From: a virus
Taxonomy: Duplodnaviria; Caudoviricetes
Length of the DNA stretch: 64,000 bases
IMG/VR virus record: IMGVR_UViG_2889049205_000001
Location: 64,001 to 128,000 of that record
Direction: 5' to 3' (one strand)
The notes under the pieces were generated by a model. That model did not search any database, had not been told where the DNA came from, and was given only the letters and a program-made list of their open reading frames with translations. The position numbers and the translations under genes were made by a program. This document shows, in pieces, positions 39,046 through 47,472 of this stretch (position 1 is its first letter; each line of letters starts with the position of its first letter).

Positions 39046-39105
39046 TCGGATAGGAGATGGTGATGCAACAGTCACTGTCTCTTTAGAGTTCGTCATGCAC
39101 AGGAC
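39046..39105 (+). repeat. Right arm of the inverted repeat, starting 1 nt after the polymerase stop
   Basis: 33-nt core pairs with 35229-35261 (29 Watson-Crick, 3 G-U, 1 mismatch). Confidence 0.85.
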
Positions 39106-39545
39106 AAATCAGATTCACACACCCTTCGGGTTAACCACATGCAGCCGGCACCATCGTGCTTGCACCATGCTGTGCGGCCCCACCCATTTGCTACCCCGCT
39201 CCTCCCTCCGTATCATGACCACGCATCATTCCCCGATGCACGCACCACAGGCCTGTCGGCCTCATTCATGATGATGCAACACGACCATGAAAGCCACCAG
39301 GATATCGTCTCGCACCAGAACAGCAAACGTGGGGTAACTCAGCAATGTTATCTGCATAAAGCAGTCCATGCCCTCCCAGGGCGTGGCTGCAGGTTCACCA
39401 GTGGCATGTGTGTTGTGTGATGGCCGTGAAACGAGCAAACCTGGCGAAAGAATTTCCAGTTGCGTATAGCATGCTTATGTTATGATGGTTCTATTCGTCT
39501 TTCTTGATTATATGTTATGAGACTGTCGTGCGAGGTGCGTTATCA

Positions 39546-40043
39546 TTGATTGTTCATCGTAGATCCAAGGAGCATTATCCGGTTGAGTTTCAGCCGCTTA
39601 CCTCAAGGGACGTGCAGCGCATGGTTAAAGACGGCGGCCCGAACAGTTGGGAGCCGGCATTCGACTGGTCGCTGTATTTCCGTTACAACCGCACTGAAGT
39701 GTATAAGATGGTCATTAAGGGTAATGACTACATACAGGGCTGCATTGCCTTCGAGATCAAGGAAGATCATGTCTATGTACACTTGATCGAATCGGCTCCC
39801 CATAATTTTAAGGGTAAAGAGTTCGAGATGATCGGCGAGCACATGCTTGCTTTTGCGTGTAAGCGAAGCGAGCAGCTCGGATTCGAAGGGGCCGTCGCAT
39901 TACAGTCGAAGACGGGGCCAAGATTTGTACCTCTTATGCGTTATTATATGGGCCCTAAGATTAGAGCCGAGCATCTCGGAAATGGGTACATGATTATAGA
40001 TGGCCCTTCAGCTGACCGGCTAATTATGCTATACTCTAATTAA
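39546..40043 (+). CDS. GNAT-family acetyltransferase (toxin-like)
   Basis: VYVHLIESAP.N....IGEHML.FAC..S...GFEG.V.L.SK...YY pattern. Confidence 0.7.
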   Translation: MIVHRRSKEHYPVEFQPLTSRDVQRMVKDGGPNSWEPAFDWSLYFRYNRTEVYKMVIKGNDYIQGCIAFEIKEDHVYVHLIESAPHNFKGKEFEMIGEHMLAFACKRSEQLGFEGAVALQSKTGPRFVPLMRYYMGPKIRAEHLGNGYMIIDGPSADRLIMLYSN

Positions 40044-40046
40044 GGA

Positions 40047-40238
40047 GTGATGATGCTTATGAGAACAAGACCATATGCTAGGCTGTATGCGCCAATGAGA
40101 TCTCTTGATGACGCTGCTCGTCTTGCCGGCGGGTACGTAAAGCAATCTCTTCCTGTTGAGAACCAACAACGTGATCAGATGATTTCAGAGGCTATTGCCA
40201 ATCGTAAGAATAAACGTGTTGCGAAGGTCCGCTCTTAG
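40047..40238 (+). CDS. Small basic protein paired with the GNAT gene
   Basis: RBS AAGGAG; followed by a terminator at about 40224-40257. Confidence 0.55.
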   Translation: MMMLMRTRPYARLYAPMRSLDDAARLAGGYVKQSLPVENQQRDQMISEAIANRKNKRVAKVRS

Positions 40239-40499
40239 GAGTGGGCCTTTTTCTTTTGGTTCGTGATCTGTATAAAGCTTAATGCTACATATGGGGGCCG
40301 AGTGAATACGAGGCCCATATCAGATACATAGAAGTGATGTGCCTATACGATTGCTTTTCATACTGATGACTATGTGTATTGGTATGATGATCCTTTCAAT
40401 GAGGATCGTCTATAGTTCTCTCTCTTCCCCCGCCCTCCTCGCTTGGTAATCCTTTCCCCTGATTATGGTATACTATCAACATAGAAAGGTTGTGATCCT

Positions 40500-40676
40500 A
40501 TGAATATTGCTGTGTGTGAGAAAGACGGCATTACCAGTGTCCCGTTGTCTGAGGTAATGTACGTCAGCACTGAGGAGAATGCCGGAACCAAGAGAGTCGT
40601 TGTCCAAACGGCGAGCGGGAATTATACGCTGCCTGCAACACTAGCTGAGTGCGGTCAGCTCTTCGAGAAAAAGTGA
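40500..40676 (+). CDS. Truncated LytTR-like protein (58 aa, monocistronic)
   Basis: VPLSEVMYVS....RVVVQT..G.Y.L..TL.E; TGGTATACT promoter upstream; terminator at about 40675-40702. Confidence 0.55.
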   Translation: MNIAVCEKDGITSVPLSEVMYVSTEENAGTKRVVVQTASGNYTLPATLAECGQLFEKK

Positions 40677-40829
40677 GAGAGCCCTCGTGGTTCTCTTTTT
40701 TCGTGTTGTGGTGCTTCATTTATGTATGCTCTCTATATGCTTCGTGCGTATAGGGAGCTTTTTTTATTCTCCCCCTTTCCCCAGGTTTGTGTAATGTGTT
40801 ACATTAGTCGATGAACTACAAGAAAGGAT

Positions 40830-41126
40830 GTGTTACATATGCACCCGCTCCAGGGTCATTATGCTCGTAGCTTGGATAAGCCATATGCTGCTGTTAAGGC
40901 TATCCGTAAGGGTAAGCGTCTTATCGTTGTCCCCGGCAGCTTCTTTATCAGTCGTGCAGATACTATGTTTATCTCTCTTCCCGACGACTACCAGGTGGTT
41001 TCTGAGGAAGGCAAGGTCCTTCCGGCCACCGGCTCGTTCATGATATCTGCAGAGACGTTCGATCCCTATCATGTGCTCGTAGACTATCAGCAGCAAGGGA
41101 GTGAAGCTAATGTCTCGGACGAATAG
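40830..41126 (+). CDS. Hypothetical protein
   Basis: RBS GAAAGGA; operator at 40789-40804 upstream. Confidence 0.5.
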   Translation: MLHMHPLQGHYARSLDKPYAAVKAIRKGKRLIVVPGSFFISRADTMFISLPDDYQVVSEEGKVLPATGSFMISAETFDPYHVLVDYQQQGSEANVSDE

Positions 41127-41944
41127 TGATCTGCTTGATATGTCTCCTGACGATATCATGGCTGCGTATGATGCTGCCGTGAAGCGTGGGGATCAGCAAG
41201 AAGTCGCTCGGCTGCGTGAGTTTATTATCGATCGGTTGTATCAGTCCAATTTCATATGATGGAGGTAGTGCTATGCTTATTGCAGATGTGGCTCACATTA
41301 CATATGTCTGTAGCTGTGTTGCATGCGGTAATGGTATTCCGCCTGAAGAGCGTGGATACTTTCGGAATCCCGCTTCCGGTGAGGAGTATTGCATTCCATG
41401 TGCTGAGCAAGAGATACATGCTATTGAGAGGGCGGGATAAGTATGCCAGATGATCTACGTAAGGCGCAGGCTGCTGATGTGTTCAGAGCACTTTGTGATC
41501 TATATCAGCAGCTGTATCCTGTATACGAGGGCATTACCCGCTACGCCTGGAGGCAGCATCATATGATGCATGGTTCTATGGCAATCAGCCATGAGGAATA
41601 TGGTAGTATCGTCTACTCTCTCGTCATGTCCGGGTTTGTGGAGTATCAAGATAGGAATGCGTTGTATCGTCCCGGAGCCGCCGGCCTTGCCAGACTGCAG
41701 CAGATATCGAATGGAGGGGCATAAATTGAGGATCCCAGTTAAAGTCACGAGCAAGGTTACAGGCAGGGTTGTCGAAGCATCCTATCCTGCTCGTAAGCTG
41801 CTTGATATGTACGAAGAGGAATTGGTGCAAGACATTACTAGATGCGATTGCCAGCCTGTTGGTGAAACCAATGTCGTGGATTGTTCTTGCTATGAGGAAT
41901 GGGAAGATTACGAGCTGCTAATTGGCGACGAGATCGCTGCATAG
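41110..41944 (+). other. Four small hypothetical CDS (41110..41259, 41273..41440 Zn finger, 41443..41724, 41726..41944)
   Basis: Tightly packed ORFs, each with an RBS. Confidence 0.5.
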
Positions 41945-41959
41945 ATCGGAGGGGTTACA

Positions 41960-42226
41960 ATGGAGCTCACTGCTGCCTATATGGATTGTCATATCATCGC
42001 CGATGCTTATCGTATGAATCCTGGGCTTATCTATGGATTCGTCTATCAGTTTCTGGATGATCCCCCGGTCTCCTATGTAGCACGTTGCATTCGGCATGAG
42101 ACTCATTCCTATCAGCATCGTGTGTTATTCAGTGTCCAGTCGAGAAGCGTTGAGCCCCATCGTGAGCGTGTTTCTCTGTATGCTGATGCCATACATAGTA
42201 TTAAGCTGCATTGGAGGATTCCTTGA
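41960..42226 (+). CDS. MEL-tag small beta-barrel-like protein
   Basis: MELTAAY; paralog of 43488..43829. Confidence 0.65.
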   Translation: MELTAAYMDCHIIADAYRMNPGLIYGFVYQFLDDPPVSYVARCIRHETHSYQHRVLFSVQSRSVEPHRERVSLYADAIHSIKLHWRIP

Positions 42227-42489
42227 TGGGTGCGAAGCCATTAAGACGATGCTCTTTCACCAAGGATAGTGTTAAGCATTACGCTCGCTTGCAAAGGACC
42301 GGTGATCGTTTCCCCCAGCCCGCCAGGATTGTTGTCGATAAGGAATACTTTGAGCATGTCGGCGGCGTCTATGGCATGGAGACTGTAGCCATATACGATA
42401 AAATCTATGAGGATTGGGCGTATGCTCATGCTGTGTATGATGAGATACTGCGTCGTGCTGATCCGAATAGTCTGAAGGAGTTGAAATGA
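42226..42489 (+). CDS. Hypothetical protein
   Basis: RBS GGAGG; overlaps the previous stop. Confidence 0.55.
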   Translation: MGAKPLRRCSFTKDSVKHYARLQRTGDRFPQPARIVVDKEYFEHVGGVYGMETVAIYDKIYEDWAYAHAVYDEILRRADPNSLKELK

Positions 42490-42493
42490 TTGA

Positions 42494-42727
42494 ATGGAGC
42501 TTGCTACTGCCTACCTGGAGCATCGTTATGATCTCGTTACTGACTGCTATATAGCTTCGGGTATGGTGATTGAATTCATCTACATTCAGGTGTTCGAAGG
42601 CGAGGCTGTCCGTGGCGTATATGAGGGCATGAATGACGATGGTTATGTCATGGTCTATGATGGGGAAGGTACTGAATTCTTTGAGCTCGCAAAGATCGTT
42701 TTTGCAGAGAATGTGGGGTGGCCTTAA
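42494..42727 (+). CDS. MEL-tag small beta-barrel-like protein
   Basis: MELATAY. Confidence 0.65.
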   Translation: MELATAYLEHRYDLVTDCYIASGMVIEFIYIQVFEGEAVRGVYEGMNDDGYVMVYDGEGTEFFELAKIVFAENVGWP

Positions 42728-42948
42728 TGGAGCTTGCTAGCATCTATATCCTATCGGTTCGCATCTTGGGCCGTGTTTGGCGTGCTGGTCAGAAGATCAT
42801 ATACGTGCATAAGCATATGCCCTATGGTACGGACTATGAGCAAGGAACCATCATAGCATTTAGTGCTTCAGGGTTCTACGTAAAGAATAAGTGGGACTGC
42901 AATGTCCATATTCCTTACGATATCATTGAGCACATAGTGGAGGAATGA
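42727..42948 (+). CDS. MEL-tag small beta-barrel-like protein
   Basis: MELASIY; TAATG coupling. Confidence 0.65.
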   Translation: MELASIYILSVRILGRVWRAGQKIIYVHKHMPYGTDYEQGTIIAFSASGFYVKNKWDCNVHIPYDIIEHIVEE

Positions 42949-43199
42949 TCTTGGAGCTTGTTGCTGCGTATGCATCTTGTGAGGTGAAGGGAGTAAAGCT
43001 TTTTGCTGGCGACTTCATTTCATTCACCTTTCTGGGAGCTGGAGAGTTACGTGGATTCTTCCGTCGTGTTGATATGAGCCACGAGGTATTCAAGTATCTT
43101 GTCGTCGATGATGACAATAACGGCATTCCTCATCATTACCAGCTTCCCTATATATACGGGATTGAGGTTCATCCTGTCCCGTCCCGCTACCGGAGGTGA
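42945..43199 (+). CDS. MEL-tag small beta-barrel-like protein
   Basis: (MI)LELVAAY; TTG at 42951. Confidence 0.65.
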   Translation: MILELVAAYASCEVKGVKLFAGDFISFTFLGAGELRGFFRRVDMSHEVFKYLVVDDDNNGIPHHYQLPYIYGIEVHPVPSRYRR

Positions 43200-43206
43200 T
43201 TAGCTT

Positions 43207-43488
43207 TTGGAGCTCGTTAATGAATACTGCTGTGTGCATCAATCGTTTATGCTTCATGATATCGAGATTCGTGTAGGTGACTATGTAGGTTTCACCTATA
43301 CTGCTCCTACGATGTCTTATGAGATATCGGGTAATGTTCATGGTTTCGATATTTCCGCCGGCCTGATGTTTATGATCATTGATGATAAGTATGCAATGTA
43401 CGGACGTTCTGCCAAGAAGCATGCCGTGTATGGATATCCTTTGGATCAGGTGAAGGATCTCTACTTTCCTGCTGGAGATGTTGATTAA
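43207..43488 (+). CDS. MEL-tag small beta-barrel-like protein
   Basis: TTG start MELVNEY; RBS GGAGGTG. Confidence 0.65.
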   Translation: MELVNEYCCVHQSFMLHDIEIRVGDYVGFTYTAPTMSYEISGNVHGFDISAGLMFMIIDDKYAMYGRSAKKHAVYGYPLDQVKDLYFPAGDVD

Positions 43489-43829
43489 TGGAGCTTGTTG
43501 CTGGCTATATGAATAGCTTCGTTATCCCCGATCCATTGGATATGTTGCCTGGCTCTGTCTATAGGTTTGAATATACTTTACAGGATGGCACTCCTGTTTC
43601 CTTTATAGCTGAATGCATGAAGCATTGGCGCTCTGGTGGTCAGGACCGAATACAGATCCTTATCTTCTATCGCAGCGGCGGACATGGTGCCAACATCTTA
43701 TCCCTATACAGTGAAAGGATACGTAATATCCGTCTGCATTGGAATGAGTGCAAGCATAACTGGGCTCTTGATGAGAGAGAGGATAAATGCTTTTGCGAGG
43801 TCTGCGGTATATGGGAGGATGAATTATAG
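43488..43829 (+). CDS. MEL-tag beta-barrel-like protein with C-terminal Cys/His motif
   Basis: MELVAGY; CKH..CEVC. Confidence 0.65.
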   Translation: MELVAGYMNSFVIPDPLDMLPGSVYRFEYTLQDGTPVSFIAECMKHWRSGGQDRIQILIFYRSGGHGANILSLYSERIRNIRLHWNECKHNWALDEREDKCFCEVCGIWEDEL

Positions 43830-43981
43830 TGGAGCTTGTCTCTGCCTATATAGAGTGTAAGCATGAATATGCGCTTATCGGAACTTTTGGTCGTTCTGGT
43901 TATATGATTTATGAGTATTACTGTCCTTTGTGCAATCATACGAAAGAGGAGGTGTACTATGGACCCGACTCAGTTAACTGA
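43829..43981 (+). CDS. MEL-tag Zn-finger microprotein (50 aa, not in the ORF track)
   Basis: GTG overlapping TAG; MELVSAYIECKHEY...CPLC. Confidence 0.6.
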   Translation: MELVSAYIECKHEYALIGTFGRSGYMIYEYYCPLCNHTKEEVYYGPDSVN

Positions 43982-44102
43982 ACAAATCGCTGTTGATGAT
44001 CTTCCTTTCTCCGATCCCGCTTCCCTGCTGTATAAGGAGGATCTCGAGGTAATCGATGACATGTGCGTGTGCGAGAACTATCCGTTCTGCGGCTGCATGT
44101 AG
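43959..44102 (+). CDS. Small acidic Cys-rich protein
   Basis: RBS AGGAGGTG. Confidence 0.5.
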   Translation: MDPTQLTEQIAVDDLPFSDPASLLYKEDLEVIDDMCVCENYPFCGCM

Positions 44103-44111
44103 GATTGCCCC

Positions 44112-44294
44112 ATGGAGATGATCCGTATGTATCTGGACCTTAGTGGTCTTGAGCTTGTCCCCTGTCCCTCGTGCAGCAGCACTGGTAAGATTAAGCGTGT
44201 TTCGTTCATTGATGGGCGTTACGTGTATTCGTATCCGCCCTGTACATTATGCAATGGTGGCGGCATTGTCACCTTGCACAGATATAGGATGTGA
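44112..44294 (+). CDS. MEL-tag-like DnaJ-type Zn-finger protein
   Basis: MEMIRMY; CPSCSSTG..CTLCNGGG. Confidence 0.6.
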   Translation: MEMIRMYLDLSGLELVPCPSCSSTGKIKRVSFIDGRYVYSYPPCTLCNGGGIVTLHRYRM

Positions 44295-44587
44295 CTGTAT
44301 TGGAGCTAATTGCGGAATACCTTTCTTGCACCCAGCTCTCCCGCTTTGTATTCGCCCGGTTCGGTCATAGTTATGGCTATGATCTCGGCATTCGCTTGAA
44401 GGTAGAACATACCGATTGCGAACTCGATGAAGATGGCGATTACGGCTATACCGAGTTTCATTATGGCGACCTGCGCCAGGTGACGCACCATTGGATCGTA
44501 CTGCGGGAGAGGTCTGCTGAAGGTTTTATTGACCATGTGATCAAGCGTTCAGAAATCATTGATGTTGTGTCCCAGGAGAGTGCTTAA
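44291..44587 (+). CDS. MEL-tag protein
   Basis: LELIAEY (TTG at 44300). Confidence 0.6.
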   Translation: MTVLELIAEYLSCTQLSRFVFARFGHSYGYDLGIRLKVEHTDCELDEDGDYGYTEFHYGDLRQVTHHWIVLRERSAEGFIDHVIKRSEIIDVVSQESA

Positions 44588-44832
44588 TGGAACTGATTCG
44601 TGCTTATCTGATCGACAAGTTTGTTGTTGGCCAAATTTATTGGGTCGAGTGCGCCGATCATAACTATTCTGGCACCTATATTGGGAATCGGAGTGTGTTC
44701 GGTGATATGGCTCACGAGTTTCAAGATACTGTGCAATATAAGCGTGACAGCAAGGAGCGGATGCTACAGTCGAATGTATTGCTCTTCCCGGAGGAAATAA
44801 ATCTGATTCGCCGGCGATCCTTCGCTCGATGA
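44587..44832 (+). CDS. MEL-tag small beta-barrel-like protein
   Basis: MELIRAY; TAATG coupling. Confidence 0.65.
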   Translation: MELIRAYLIDKFVVGQIYWVECADHNYSGTYIGNRSVFGDMAHEFQDTVQYKRDSKERMLQSNVLLFPEEINLIRRRSFAR

Positions 44833-44889
44833 GGCTGTCGCCTCCATTCTATTTGATGCTATACTCTACAAAGAAACGAGGTATTATCA

Positions 44890-45153
44890 TTGTCTATCAC
44901 TAATGAGCTGCCGCATCCTATTCGCCGTGGAAAGAAGCGAGTATCTGTTACAAATCCGAATGGCCGCATGTTATATCATGAGCTGCTGTGCGTGGAGTCT
45001 GTTGCATTTGAGCCTGCTGGTCGGTCCGGCCCTTCCGAGGATGGTGGCCGTACTTATCCGGTAATTGAGACGATCGGGTATGTATCCCCAGAAGCAGAGT
45101 GGTATCTGCTTGCTTGTGGCTATCGTGTTGAACCTTACGTTGGGGAGGATTGA
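44890..45153 (+). CDS. Hypothetical protein
   Basis: RBS GAGG; preceded by a hairpin element at 44831. Confidence 0.5.
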   Translation: MSITNELPHPIRRGKKRVSVTNPNGRMLYHELLCVESVAFEPAGRSGPSEDGGRTYPVIETIGYVSPEAEWYLLACGYRVEPYVGED

Positions 45154-45554
45154 TCATGTCCAAACTTCCACGCCGCTGGTATGATCCTCTGGCTCATAAG
45201 TTATCTGATCTATATGGCGCCCAGGTATTTGATCAACCAGGCCTTGGTAATGGCATCTTTCTGGTGAATGATAGTCTCGATCTTTATATCCGTGTTCTGC
45301 CAGAATACGGTATGACGATCGCTCGCATTGATGTCGGCGAGGGGCATACTCGCAATGGAATTGGCTCTGCTATCGTGGAATGGTGCAAGGAATTTTGCCT
45401 GCAGCATCGTATTCCCGAGCTAAAGATGGAATGTGTGCTAACGGAAGAATGTGCAGCGTTCTGTCGTAAACAGGGCTTTTCGTTGGCTCGTCCAAGTGAC
45501 GATCTGTGTTTCGATTGGGTGCTTCCGATCCCGATCCCGGAGGTGACTGTATAG
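45150..45554 (+). CDS. GNAT-family acetyltransferase
   Basis: IARIDV....RNGIGSAI....FCRKQGF. Confidence 0.75.
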   Translation: MIMSKLPRRWYDPLAHKLSDLYGAQVFDQPGLGNGIFLVNDSLDLYIRVLPEYGMTIARIDVGEGHTRNGIGSAIVEWCKEFCLQHRIPELKMECVLTEECAAFCRKQGFSLARPSDDLCFDWVLPIPIPEVTV

Positions 45555-45844
45555 TGGAGCTTATTGCACATTACATTGAGCCTCGCCTGACTCCTGGCGA
45601 GCTCTATTTTATTCCGGGCATTAATCTTTCATACCGTGGAGTATATGTGGGGCCAGTTGATCAATGTGGTCAAACATTTTATGAATTCGCTCCTGCTTTA
45701 CCATTTGATCCGGAGACTGATTATATGGTAGGCCGGCAATCTATGGTGCAATTCCTGCCCTGTGAATTAGCCCTTGCCTCCCTTGTTCCTCGGCCAAACT
45801 CGTGGGAGACCTATATTAATCGCATTTATGGCGTATATGGTTAA
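45554..45844 (+). CDS. MEL-tag small beta-barrel-like protein
   Basis: GTG overlapping TAG; MELIAHY. Confidence 0.65.
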   Translation: MELIAHYIEPRLTPGELYFIPGINLSYRGVYVGPVDQCGQTFYEFAPALPFDPETDYMVGRQSMVQFLPCELALASLVPRPNSWETYINRIYGVYG

Positions 45845-45853
45845 GGAGGCATT

Positions 45854-46129
45854 ATGGAGCTCATTTCTGAATATCTCGATCTTCTCCCCCGCCCCCTGAC
45901 GATTGCCGAGACTTGTCCAGGCGTGTTTTACCGGCTACTTATGAAGAGCACGCACGCCAATGTAAATGAGCCTGGCTGGATAACCGCCCGTGTACGCCAT
46001 GCAGATGGAGAATTTACGACGTTGTATTTCGATGCCATTAAGAACCCTGATGATTCGATCACCGAGGGCAATTTCTTTGCCACGACACCCCAGATCCTTG
46101 GGATCTATCCGTGGGAGCATACATCATGA
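45854..46129 (+). CDS. MEL-tag protein
   Basis: MELISEY; RBS AAGGAGG. Confidence 0.65.
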   Translation: MELISEYLDLLPRPLTIAETCPGVFYRLLMKSTHANVNEPGWITARVRHADGEFTTLYFDAIKNPDDSITEGNFFATTPQILGIYPWEHTS

Positions 46130-46383
46130 ATCTTGTGCTGCATTACATAACTGTCCCGCTTCTGGATAAAGAGTACCGGCACGGTGATGAGGTTGATGTT
46201 TGGTTCACTGAGGCTAATAGAGAATGGTCTGCTCGTGGCATGATCGTCTCCTCCCATTCTTCCCCTCCCACCCTGGTAATTCGAAACCGTGTTCTCGTTG
46301 GTGAGCCGGAGGACGATTATTACCTTTACCGCATTATTCCGATCGCCATGATCACTCGTGTGGAGTTAATACCCTTCGGGTAG
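46126..46383 (+). CDS. MEL-tag variant, Sm/SH3-like protein
   Basis: MNLVLHY; GDEVDV..RG.I...IIPIAMITRVE. Confidence 0.6.
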   Translation: MNLVLHYITVPLLDKEYRHGDEVDVWFTEANREWSARGMIVSSHSSPPTLVIRNRVLVGEPEDDYYLYRIIPIAMITRVELIPFG

Positions 46384-46455
46384 TCGCTTACGTGATCATA
46401 CGTGATATGCCTATCGGCATGCTTCCTTGTGATGAATACACGGGAGGCTGATGCT

Positions 46456-47410
46456 ATGCTTATGGTTTCGATCAGAGAATTGGTGTGGGGTAAGGATCAC
46501 TACGATTGGGCATGGTGCGAATTTTGTGGTGAACGTTTCATCGAGGGCTTTTACGATGACCCAGGTAAAGAAGCACATGGCTTTCATGCTGTATCTATAT
46601 GTAGCTGTTGCGCTAAAGGCGGGCTCTCCTAATGGGGAGCCTTATTTCATTTTGAGGAGTGAATGGTTAATGTCAAAACGTATTGTTCGCACGATCGATT
46701 GCCGCTATTGCGAGGAGAATAAGGTTGTGCTCTCCAGCTCGTGGGCCAACAAATGCAAATGCGGCGTGGAATACAATGGCGCCGGCCAAGCTCTTGCACC
46801 ACGTTGGCAATGGGGTGAGGAAACAGGCGAGCGTTTCGATTAGCGTTACCCGCCGGCCTGTCGGCCGCATTCCTATTGATGCAAAATTGTTGTCTTGGAG
46901 GCGTGCCATGCTTGAGCTTATGAGGAAGTTTACTGATCAGAAAAAGGCCGAGGGCTATACGCTGGAAGAAATCACAGACATGCTGATGAACATGTCCATT
47001 GCTGATTTGCAGGCCACACTACAATCCGTTCAGGAGGTGCAACAATAATGGGTCTCGATGTATATGCATACGTGAGTGGTATTCATGGCAATCGCCCTTG
47101 CTTGGTCTTTGCCCCCGCTGTCCCGTTTGCTACCATGCCGCAGTTTATCTATGACGGCACGCCAATGTTCCGTTGGTCCACCCCGCTGCGCCGGTTATTC
47201 GTCGAGCTGTTTTCATCGTTCATGATGATTAACCTGGATAATCCGCCTATTTTTACTGAGGAGCAGCTTGATCAAGCTCTCATGATTCTCGATGCTGACA
47301 CATCGCTGAAGCGGGCCAAGGATCTCGGGATCGACCATGCTTATTACTTGGACATGGTGCATTTCTTCAGGATCTGCAAGCAACAGCAGTTTATCGTGGC
47401 CATCGCATAG
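46456..47410 (+). other. Four small hypothetical CDS (46456..46632 and 46670..46843 Cys-rich, 46908..47048, 47048..47410)
   Basis: RBS-bearing colinear ORFs. Confidence 0.5.
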
Positions 47411-47472
47411 ATGGCCTTTTTTTCTTATTTCAGTACGTTATATTACATATTTCGTATCGGAGGGAACATACT

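Noticed and set aside
35225-39200. Group I/II intron with the polymerase in a loop
   Set aside because: No domain V, GUGYG or P7-like motifs seen, and no interrupted host gene.
41960-46383. Integron- or CRISPR-like DNA repeat array
   Set aside because: Shared DNA is only about 8 nt, genes overlap at stop/start codons with no attC-like spacers, and no integrase or cas gene is present.
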